In this document: piece after piece, positions 27,701 to 38,600 of the stretch
Layout: every line of letters begins with the position of its first letter
Position numbering within the stretch: position 1 is the stretch's first letter
NCBI GenBank assembly: GCA_964016885.1
Contig: OZ024740.1
Coordinates: 137,268,001 to 137,332,000, forward strand
Length of the DNA stretch: 64,000 bases
Reading direction: 5' to 3'
Source: Eledone cirrhosa
Taxonomy: Eukaryota
Notes under the pieces: model-generated
Database searches by the model: none
The model's input: only the letters and a program-made list of their open reading frames with translations
What the model was told of the DNA's origin: nothing
Translations under genes and position numbers: made by a program

Positions 27701-28070
27701 ATCTCCAATTCTCTCTTTCTCTTATCCCTTTTCTCTCAATCTCCAATTCTCTCTTTCTCTTATCACTTTTCTCTCAATCTCAATTCTCTCTTTCTCTTAT
27801 CACTTTTCTCTCAATCTCCAATTCTCTCTTTCTCTTATCCATTTTCTCTCAATCTGCAATTCTCTCTTTCTTTTCTCACTTTTCCCCCAATCTCCAATTC
27901 TCTCTTTCTCTTCACACTTTTCCCCCAATCTCCAATTCTCTCTTTCTCTTCACATTTTTCCCCCAATCTCCAATTCTCTCTTTCTCTTCTCACTTTTCTC
28001 TCAATCTCCAATTCTCTCTTTCTCTTATCACCTTTCTCTCAATCTCCAATTCTCTGTTTCTCTTATCACT
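24760..28070 (+). repeat. Tandem duplication with 1,899 bp offset (50 monomers)
   Basis: Variants repeat at +1899: ATTTCCCTTAGC 25512/27411, CATCACTCTT variant C at 24881/26780, ACCTTT 26131/28030. Confidence 0.8.
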
Positions 28071-31000
28071 TTTCTCTCAATCTCCAATTCTCTCTTTCTC
28101 TTATCACTGTTCTCTCAATCTCTAATTCTCTCTTTCTCTTATCACTTTTCCCATAATCTCCAATTCTCTCTTTCTCTTATCACTTTTCTCTCAATCTCCA
28201 ATTCTCTCTTTCTCTTATCACTTTTCTCTAAATCTCCAATTCTCTCTTTCTCTTCTCACTTTTCCCCTAATCTCCAATTCTCTCTTTCTCTTATCACTTT
28301 TCTCTCAATCCCCAATTCTCTCTTTCTCTCATCACTTTTCTCTCAATCTCCAATTCTCTCTTTCTCTTATCACTTTTCTCTCAAACTCCAATTCTCTCTT
28401 TCTCTTATCCATTTTCTCTCAATTTGCAATTCTCTCTTTCTTTTCTCACTTTTCCCCCAATCTCCAATTCTCTCTTTCTCTTCACACTTTTCCCCCAATC
28501 TCCAATTCTCTCTTTCTCTTATCACTTGTCTCTCAATCTCCAATTTTCTCTTTCTCTTATCACTTTTCTCTCAATCTCCAATCTCTCTTTCTCATATTAC
28601 TTTTCTCTCAAACTCCAATTCTCTCTTTCTCTCATCACTTTTCTCTCAATCTCCAATTCTCTCTTTCTCTTATCACTTTTCTCTCAATCTCCAACTCTCT
28701 CTTTCTCTTATCCCTTTTCTCTCAATCTCCAATTCTCTCTTTCTCTTCTCACTTTTCTCTCAATCTCCAATCCTCTCTTTCTCTTCTCACTTTTCTCTCA
28801 ATCTCCAATTCTCTCTTTCTCTTCTCACTTTTCTCCCAATCTCCAATCCTCTCTTTCTGTTCTCAGTTTTCCCCCAATCTCCATTCTCTATTTCTCTTAG
28901 CACTTTTCTCTCAATCCCCCATTCTCTCCCTCTCTCATCACTTTTCTCTCAATCTCCAATACTCTCTTTCTCTTATCACTTTTCTCTCAATCTCCAATTC
29001 TCTCTTTCTCTTATCACTTTTCTCTCAATCTCCAATTCTTTCTTTCTCTTATCAGTTTTCTCTCAATCTGCAATTCTCTCTTTCTCTTATCACTTTTCTC
29101 TCAATCTCCAATTCTCTCTTTCTCTTCTCACTTTTTCCCTAATCTCCAATTCTCTCTTTCTCTTATCACTTTTCTCTCAATCTCTAATTCTCTCTTTCTC
29201 TTATCACTTTTCTCTCAATCTCCAATTCTCTCTTTCTCTTATCCATTTTCTCTCAATCTGCAATTCTCTCTTTCTTTTCTCACTTTTCCCCCAATCTCCA
29301 ATTCTCTCTTTCTCTTCACACTTTTCCCCCAATCTCCAATTCTCTCATTCTCTTCACACTTTTCCCCCAATCTCCAATTCTCTCTTTCTCTTCTCACTTT
29401 TCTCTCAATCTCCAATTCTCTCTTTCTCTTATCACTTTTCTCTCAATCTCCAATTCTCCCTTTCTGTTATCCCTTTTCTCTCAATCTCCAATTCTCTCTT
29501 TCTCTTCTCACTTTTCTCTCAATCTCCAATCCTCTCTTTGTGTTCTCAGTTTTCCCCCAATCTCCATTTCTCTATTTCTCTTAGCACTTTTCTCTCAATC
29601 CCCCATTCTCTCTCTCTCTTATCACTTTTCTCTCAATCTCCAATTCTCTCTTTCTCTTCTCACTTTTCTCTCAATCTCCAATTCTCTCTTTCTCTTATCA
29701 CTTTTCTCTCAATCTCCAATTCTCTCTTTCTCTTATCACTTTTCTCTCAATCTCCAATTCTCACTTTCTCTTATCAGTTTTCTCTCAATCTGCAATTCTC
29801 TCTTTCTCTTATCACTTTTCTCTCAATCTCCAATTCTCTCTTTCTCTTCTCACTTTTCCCCTAATCTCCAATTCTCTCTTTCTCTTATCCCTTTTCTCTC
29901 AATCTCCAATTCTCTCTTTCTCTTATCACTTTTCTCTCAATCTCAATTCTCTCTTTCTCTTATCACTTTTCTCTCAATCTCCAATTCTCTCTTTCTCTTA
30001 TCCATTTTCTCTCAATCTGCAATTCTCTCTTTCTTTTCTCACTTTTCCCCCAATCTCCAATTCTCTCTTTCTCTTCACACTTTTCCCCCAATCTCCAATT
30101 CTCTCTTTCTCTTCACATTTTTCCCCCAATCTCCAATTCTCTCTTTCTCTTCTCACTTTTCTCTCAATCTCCAATTCTCTCTTTCTCTTATCACCTTTCT
30201 CTCAATCTCCAATTCTCTGTTTCTCTTATCACTTTTCTCTCAATCTCCAATTCTCTCTTTCTCTTATCACTGTTCTCTCAATCTCTAATTCTCTCTTTCT
30301 CTTATCACTTTTCCCATAATCTCCAATTCTCTCTTTCTCTTATCACTTTTCTCTCAATCTCCAATTCTCTCTTTCTCTTATCACTTTTCTCTAAATCTCC
30401 AATTCTCTCTTTCTCTTCTCACTTTTCCCCTAATCTCCAATTCTCTCTTTCTCTTATCACTTTTCTCTCAATCCCCAATTCTCTCTTTCTCTCATCACTT
30501 TTCTCTCAATCTCCAATTCTCTCTTTCTCTTATCACTTTTCTCTCAAACTCCAATTCTCTCTTTCTCTTATCCATTTTCTCTCAATTTGCAATTCTCTCT
30601 TTCTTTTCTCACTTTTCCCCCAATCTCCAATTCTCTCTTTCTCTTCACACTTTTCCCCCAATCTCCAATTCTCTCTTTCTCTTATCACTTGTCTCTCAAT
30701 CTCCAATTTTCTCTTTCTCTTATCACTTTTCTCTCAATCTCCAATCTCTCTTTCTCATATTACTTTTCTCTCAAACTCCAATTCTCTCTTTCTCTCATCA
30801 CTTTTCTCTCAATCTCCAATTCTCTCTTTCTCTTATCACTTTTCTCTCAATCTCCAACTCTCTCTTTCTCTTATCCCTTTTCTCTCAATCTCCAATTCTC
30901 TCTTTCTCTTCTCACTTTTCTCTCAATCTCCAATCCTCTCTTTCTCTTCTCACTTTTCTCTCAATCTCCAATTCTCTCTTTCTCTTCTCACTTTTCTCCC

Positions 31001-33900
31001 AATCTCCAATCCTCTCTTTCTGTTCTCAGTTTTCCCCCAATCTCCATTCTCTATTTCTCTTAGCACTTTTCTCTCAATCCCCCATTCTCTCCCTCTCTCA
31101 TCACTTTTCTCTCAATCTCCAATACTCTCTTTCTCTTATCACTTTTCTCTCAATCTCCAATTCTCTCTTTCTCTTATCACTTTTCTCTCAATCTCCAATT
31201 CTTTCTTTCTCTTATCAGTTTTCTCTCAATCTGCAATTCTCTCTTTCTCTTATCACTTTTCTCTCAATCTCCAATTCTCTCTTTCTCTTCTCACTTTTTC
31301 CCTAATCTCCAATTCTCTCTTTCTCTTATCACTTTTCTCTCAATCTCTAATTCTCTCTTTCTCTTATCACTTTTCTCTCAATCTCCAATTCTCTCTTTCT
31401 CTTATCCATTTTCTCTCAATCTGCAATTCTCTCTTTCTTTTCTCACTTTTCCCCCAATCTCCAATTCTCTCTTTCTCTTCACACTTTTCCCCCAATCTCC
31501 AATTCTCTCATTCTCTTCACACTTTTCCCCCAATCTCCAATTCTCTCTTTCTCTTCTCACTTTTCTCTCAATCTCCAATTCTCTCTTTCTCTTATCACTT
31601 TTCTCTCAATCTCCAATTCTCCCTTTCTGTTATCCCTTTTCTCTCAATCTCCAATTCTCTCTTTCTCTTCTCACTTTTCTCTCAATCTCCAATCCTCTCT
31701 TTGTGTTCTCAGTTTTCCCCCAATCTCCATTTCTCTATTTCTCTTAGCACTTTTCTCTCAATCCCCCATTCTCTCTCTCTCTTATCACTTTTCTCTCAAT
31801 CTCCAATTCTCTCTTTCTCTTCTCACTTTTCTCTCAATCTCCAATTCTCTCTTTCTCTTATCACTTTTCTCTCAATCTCCAATTCTCTCTTTCTCTTATC
31901 ACTTTTCTCTCAATCTCCAATTCTCACTTTCTCTTATCAGTTTTCTCTCAATCTGCAATTCTCTCTTTCTCTTATCACTTTTCTCTCAATCTCCAATTCT
32001 CTCTTTCTCTTCTCACTTTTCCCCTAATCTCCAATTCTCTCTTTCTCTTATCACTTTTCTCTCAATCTCCAATTCTCTCTTTCTCTTATCACTGTTCTCT
32101 CAATCTCTAATTCTCTCTTTCTCTTATCACTTTTCCCATAATCTCCAATTCTCTCTTTCTCTTATCACTTTTCTCTCAATCTCCAATTCTCTCTTTCTCT
32201 TATCACTTTTCTCTAAATCTCCAATTCTCTCTTTCTCTTCTCACTTTTCCCCTAATCTCCAATTCTCTCTTTCTCTTATCACTTTTCTCTCAATCCCCAA
32301 TTCTCTCTTTCTCTCATCACTTTTCTCTCAATCTCCAATTCTCTCTTTCTCTTATCACTTTTCTCTCAAACTCCAATTCTCTCTTTCTCTTATCCATTTT
32401 CTCTCAATTTGCAATTCTCTCTTTCTTTTCTCACTTTTCCCCCAATCTCCAATTCTCTCTTTCTCTTCACACTTTTCCCCCAATCTCCAATTCTCTCTTT
32501 CTCTTATCACTTGTCTCTCAATCTCCAATTTTCTCTTTCTCTTATCACTTTTCTCTCAATCTCCAATCTCTCTTTCTCATATTACTTTTCTCTCAAACTC
32601 CAATTCTCTCTTTCTCTCATCACTTTTCTCTCAATCTCCAATTCTCTCTTTCTCTTATCACTTTTCTCTCAATCTCCAACTCTCTCTTTCTCTTATCCCT
32701 TTTCTCTCAATCTCCAATTCTCTCTTTCTCTTCTCACTTTTCTCTCAATCTCCAATCCTCTCTTTCTCTTCTCACTTTTCTCTCAATCTCCAATTCTGTC
32801 TTTCTCTTCTCACTTTTCTCCCAATCTCCAATCCTCTCTTTCTGTTCTCAGTTTTCCCCCAATCTCCATTCTCTATTTCTCTTAGCACTTTTCTCTCAAT
32901 CCCCCATTCTCTCCCTCTCTCATCACTTTTCTCTCAATCTCCAATACTCTCTTTCTCTTATCACTTTTCTCTCAATCTCCAATTCTCTCTTTCTCTTATC
33001 ACTTTTCTCTCAATCTCCAATTCTTTCTTTCTCTTATCAGTTTTCTCTCAATCTGCAATTCTCTCTTTCTCTTATCACTTTTCTCTCAATCTCCAATTCT
33101 CTCTTTCTCTTCTCACTTTTTCCCTAATCTCCAATTCTCTCTTTCTCTTATCACTTTTCTCTCAATCTCTAATTCTCTCTTTCTCTTATCACTTTTCTCT
33201 CAATCTCCAATTCTCTCTTTCTCTTATCCATTTTCTCTCAATCTGCAATTCTCTCTTTCTTTTCTCACTTTTCCCCCAATCTCCAATTCTCTCTTTCTCT
33301 TCACACTTTTCCCCCAATCTCCAATTCTCTCATTCTCTTCACACTTTTCCCCCAATCTCCAATTCTCTCTTTCTCTTCTCACTTTTCTCTCAATCTCCAA
33401 TTCTCTCTTTCTCTTATCACTTTTCTCTCAATCTCCAATTCTCCCTTTCTGTTATCCCTTTTCTCTCAATCTCCAATTCTCTCTTTCTCTTCTCACTTTT
33501 CTCTCAATCTCCAATCCTCTCTTTGTGTTCTCAGTTTTCCCCCAATCTCCATTTCTCTATTTCTCTTAGCACTTTTCTCTCAATCCCCCATTCTCTCTCT
33601 CTCTTATCACTTTTCTCTCAATCTCCAATTCTCTCTTTCTCTTCTCACTTTTCTCTCAATCTCCAATTCTCTCTTTCTCTTATCACTTTTCTCTCAATCT
33701 CCAATTCTCTCTTTCTCTTATCACTTTTCTCTCAATCTCCAATTCTCACTTTCTCTTATCAGTTTTCTCTCAATCTGCAATTCTCTCTTTCTCTTATCAC
33801 TTTTCTCTCAATCTCCAATTCTCTCTTTCTCTTCTCACTTTTCCCCTAATCTCCAATTCTCTCTTTCTCTTATCACTTTTCTCTCAATCTCCAATTCTCT
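27430..33900 (+). repeat. Three near-identical copies of a 2,163 bp (57-monomer) unit, the last interval shortened by 341 bp (9 monomers)
   Basis: Identical translated tracts start at 28424, 30587, 32409 and at 29538, 31701, 33523 (offsets 2163 then 1822). Shared private variants are CTTGTCTCTC, CTCCATTCTCTA and TTTTTCCCT. Confidence 0.85.
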
Positions 33901-34796
33901 CTTTCTCTTATCACTTTTCTCTCTATCTCAATTCTCTCTTTCTCTTATCACTTTTCTCTCAATCTCCAATTCTCTCTTTCTCTTATCCATTTTCTCTCAA
34001 TCTGCAATTCTCTCTTTCTTTTCTCACTTTTCCCCCAATCTCCAATTCTCTCTTTCTCTTCACACTTTTCCCCCAATCTCCAATTCTCTCTTTCTCTTCA
34101 CATTTTTCCCCCAATCTCCAATCCTCTCTTTCTGTTCTCAGTTTTCCCCCAATCTCCAATTCTCTATTTCTCTTAGCACTTTTCTCTCAATCCCCCATTC
34201 TCTCTCTCTCTTATCACTTTTCTCTCAATCTCCAATTCTCTCTTTCTCTTATCACTTTTCTCTCAAACGCCAATTCTCTCTTTCTCTCATCACATTTCTC
34301 TCAATCTGCAATTCTCTCTTTCTCTTATCAGTTTTCTCTCAATCTGCAATTCTCTCTTTCTCTTATCACTTTTCTCTCAATCTCCAATTCTCTCTTTCTC
34401 TTCTCACTTTTCCCCTAATCTCCAATTCTCTCTTTCTCTTATCACTTTTCTCTCAATCTCCAATTCTCTCTTTCTATTATCACCTTTCTCTCAATCTCCA
34501 ATTCTCTCTTTCTGTTATCACTTTTCTCTGAATCTCCAATTCTCTCTTTCTCTTATCCATTTTCTCTCAATCTGCAATTCTCTCTTTCTTTTCTCACTTT
34601 TCCCCCAATCTCCAATTCTCTCTTTCTCTCCACACTTTTCCCCCAATCTCCAATTCTCTCTTTCTCTTCACACTTTTCCCCCAATCTCCAATTCTCTCTT
34701 TCTCTTCTCACTTTTCTCTCAATCTCCAGTTCTCTCTTTCTCTTATCACTTTTCTCTCAATCTCCAATCCTCTCTTTCTCTTATCACTTTTCTCTC

Positions 34797-34811
34797 AATC
34801 ACTTTTCTCTC
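34797..34811 (+). other. Truncated 15-bp monomer (23-bp internal deletion)
   Basis: AATC is joined directly to ACTTTTCTCTC. The deletion lies between the ATC at monomer positions 2-4 and the ATC at positions 25-27. Confidence 0.85.
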
Positions 34812-35689
34812 CATCTCCAATTCTCTCTTTCTCTTATCACTTTTCTCTCAATCTCCAATTCTGTCTTTCTCTTATCACTTTTCTCTCAATCCCCAATTCT
34901 CTCTTTCTCTTATCACTTTCCTCTCCATCTCCAATACTCTTTTTCTCTTCTCACTTTTCCCCCAATCTCCAATTCTCTCTTTCTCTTATCACTTTTCTCT
35001 CAATCTCCAATTCTCTCTTTCTCTTATCACTTTTCTCTCAATCTCCAACTCTCTCTTTCTCTTATCCCTTTTCTCTCAATCTCCAATTATCTCTTTCTCT
35101 TATCACTTTTCTCTCAATCTCCAATTCTCTCTTTCTCTTCTCATTTTTCCCCAATCTCCAATTCTCTTTTTCTCTTTACACTTTTCCCCAACCTCCAATT
35201 CTCTCTTTCTCTTATCACTTTTCTCTCAATCTCCAATTCTCTCTTTCCCTTCTCACTTTTCTCTCAATCTCCAATTCTCTCTTTCTCTTCTCACTTTTCT
35301 CTCAATCTCCAATCCTCTCTTTCTGTTCTCAGTTTTCCCCAAATCTCCAATTCTCTCTTTCTCTTATCACTTTTCTCTCAATCTCCCATTCTCTCTCTCT
35401 CTTATCACTTTTCTCTCAATCTCCAATTCTCTCTTTCTCTTATCCATTTTCTCTCAATCTGCAATTCTCTCTTTCTTTTCTCACTTTTCCCCCAATCTCC
35501 AATTCTCTCTTTCTCTTCACACTTTTCCCCCAATCTCCAATTCTCTCATTCTCTTCTCACTTTTCTCTCAATCTCCAATCCTCTCTTTCTGTTCTCAGTT
35601 TTCCCCCAATCTCCAATTCTCTATTTCTCTTTGCACTTTTCTCTGAATCTCCCATTCTCTCCCTCTCTTATCACTTTTCTCTCAATCTC

Positions 35690-38600
35690 CAATTCTCTCT
35701 TTCTCTTATCACTTTTCTCTCAATCTCCAATTCTCTCTTTCTCTTATCACTTTTCTCTCAATCTTCAATTCTCTCTTTCTCTTATCAGTTTTCTCTCAAT
35801 CTGCAAATCTCTCTTTCTCTTATCACTTTTCTCTCAATCTCCAATTCTCTCTTTCTCTTCTCACTTTTCCCCTAATCTCCAATTCTCTATTTCTCTTATC
35901 ACTTTTCTCTCAATCTCCAATTCTCTCTTTCTCTTATCACTTTTCTCTCAATCTCCAATTCTCTCTTTCTCTCATCCATTTTCTCTCAATCTGCAATACT
36001 CTCTTTCTTTTCTCAATTTTCCCCCAATCTCCAATTCTCTCTTTCTCTTCACACTTTTCCCCCAATCTCCAATTCTCTCATTCTCTTCACACTTTTCCCC
36101 CAATCTCCAATTCTCTCTTTCTCTTCTCACTTTTCTCTCAATCTCCAATCCTCTCTTTCTGTTCTCAGTTTTCCCCCAATCTCCAATTCTCTATTTCTCT
36201 TAGCACTTTTCTCTCTATCCCCCATTCTCTCTCTCTCTTATCACTTTTCTCTCAATCTCCAATTCTCTCTTTCTCTTCTCACTTTTCTCTCAATCTCCAA
36301 TTCTCTCTTTCTCTTATCACTTTTCTCTCAATCTCCAATTCTCTCTTTCTCTTATCACTTTTCTCTCAATCTCCAATTCTCTCTTTCTCTTATCAGTTTT
36401 CTCTCAATCTGCAATTCTCTCTTTCTCTTATCACTTTTCTCTCAATCTCCAATTCTCTCTTTCTCTTCTCACTTTTCCCCTAATCTCCAATTCTCTCTTT
36501 CTCTTATCACTTTTCTCTCAATCTCCAATTCTCTCTTTCTCTTATCACTTTTCTCTCAATCTCAATTCTCTCTTTCTCTTATCACTTTTCTCTCAATCTC
36601 CAATTCACTCTTTCTCTTATCCATTTTCTCTCAATCTGCAATTCTCTCTTTCTTTTCTCACTTTTCCCCCAATCTCCAATTCTCTCTTTCTCTTCACACT
36701 TTTCCCCCAATCTCCAATTCTCTCTTTCTCTTCTCACTTTTCTCTCAATCTCCAATTCTCTCTTTCTCTTATCACTTTTCTCTCAATCTCCAATTCTTTC
36801 TTTCTCTTATCACTTTTCTCTCAATCTCCAACTCTCTCTTTCTCTTATCCCTTTTCTCTCAATCTCCAATTCTCTCTTTCTCTTCTCACTTTTCTCTCAA
36901 TCTCCAATACTCTCTTTCTGTTCTCAGTTTTCCCCCAATCTCCAATTCTCTATTTCTCTTAGCACTTTTCTCTCAATCCCCCATTCTCTCTCTCTCTTAT
37001 CACTTTTCTCTCAATCTCCAATTCTCTCTTTCTCTTATCACTTTTCTCTCAAACTCCAATTCTCTCTTTCTCTCATCACATTTCTCTCAATCTCCAATTC
37101 TCTCTTTCTCTTATCAGTTTTCTCTCAATCTCCAATTCTCTCTTTCTCTTCTCACTTTTCCCCCAATCTCCAATTCTCTCTTTCTCTTATCACTTTTCTC
37201 TCAATCTCCAATTCTCTCTTTCTCTTATCACTTTTCTCTCAATCTCCAATTCTCTCTTTCTCTTATCACTTTTCTCTCAATCTCCAACTCTCTCTTTCTC
37301 TTATCCCTTTTCTCTCAATCTCCAATTATCTCTTTCTCTTATCACTTTTCTCTCAATCTCCAATTCTCTCTTTCTCTTCTCATTTTCCCCCAATCTCCAA
37401 TTCTCTTTTTCTCTTTACACTTTTCCCCAACCTCCAATTCTCTCTTTCTCTTTACACTTTTCCCCAACCTCCAATTCTCTCTTTCTCTTATCACTTTTCT
37501 CTCAATCTCCCATTCTCTCTCTCTCTTATCACTTTTCTCTCAATCTCCAATTCTCTCTTTCTCTTATCCATTTTCTCTCAATCTGCAATTCTCTCTTTCT
37601 TTTCTCACTTTTCCCCCAATCTCCAATTCTCTCTTTCTCTTCACACTTTTCCCCCAATCTCCAATTCTCTCATTCTCTTCTCACTTTTCTCTCAATCTCC
37701 AATCCTCTCTTTCTGTTCTCAGTTTTCCCCCAATCTCCAATTCTCTATTTCTCTTAGCACTTTTCTCTCAATCCCCCATTCTCTCCCTCTCTTATCACTT
37801 TTCTCTCAATCTCCAATTCTCTCTTTCTCTTATCACTTTTCTCTCAATCTCCAATTCTCTCTTTCTCTTATCACTTTTCTCTCAATCTCCAATTCTCTCT
37901 TTCTCTTATCAGTTTTCTCTCAATCTGCAATTCTCTCTTTCTCTTATCACTTTTCTCTCAATCTCCAATTCTCTCTTTCTCTTCTCACTTTTCCCCTAAT
38001 CTCCAATTCTCTCTTTCTCTTATCACTTTTCTCTCAATCTCCAATTCTCTCTTTCTCTTATCACTTTTCTCTCAATCTGCAATTCTCTCTTTCTCTCATC
38101 CATTTTCTCTCAATCTGCAATTCTCTCTTTCTTTTCTCACTTTTCCCCCAATCTCCAATTCTCTCTTTCTCTTCACACTTTTCCCCCAATCTCCAATTCT
38201 CTCATTCTCTTCACACTTTTCCCCCAATCTCCAATTCTCTCTTTCTCTTCTCACTTTTCTCTCAATCTCCAATCCTCTCTTTCTGTTCTCAGTTTTCCCC
38301 CAATCTCCAATTCTCTATTTCTCTTAGCACTTTTCTCTCAATCCCCCATTCTCTCTCTCTCTTATCACTTTTCTCTCAATCTCCAATTCTCTCTTTCTCT
38401 TCTCACTTTTCTCTCAATCTCCAATTCTCTCTTTCTCTTATCACTTTTCTCTCAATCTCCAATTCTCTCTTTCTCTTATCACTTTTCTCTCAATCTCCAA
38501 TTCTCTCTTTCTCTTATCAGTTTTCTCTCAATCTGCAATTCTCTCTTTCTCTTATCACTTTTCTCTCAATCTCCAATTCTCTCTTTCTCTTCTCACTTTT

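Larger units (their letters stand above)
14200..34100 (+). repeat. Middle satellite domain (B): about nine copies of a 1.8-2.4 kb higher-order repeat containing an 18-monomer (684 bp) cycle
   Basis: The private marker TTGTGTTC occurs at 16292, 18645, 20769, 23046, 25476, 27375, 29538, 31701 and 33523. TAGCAC pairs lie 684 bp apart eight times (15652/16336 through 32883/33567). Other private variants are AATTTGCAA, TTTTCCCATA, TTATTAGTT and AATTCTCACTTT. Confidence 0.85.

Noticed and set aside
37732-38301. Nucleosome-phasing numerology (5 x 38 = 190, 570 = 3 x 190)
   Set aside because: Cycle lengths of 14-21 monomers and duplications of 3-17 monomers show no preference for multiples of five. 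Also, 38 bp is not an integral number of helical turns.
38112-38345. G-quadruplex or i-motif from repeated CCCCC tracts
   Set aside because: Tracts are 38 bp or more apart (loops of about 33 nt), far beyond typical stable loop lengths.
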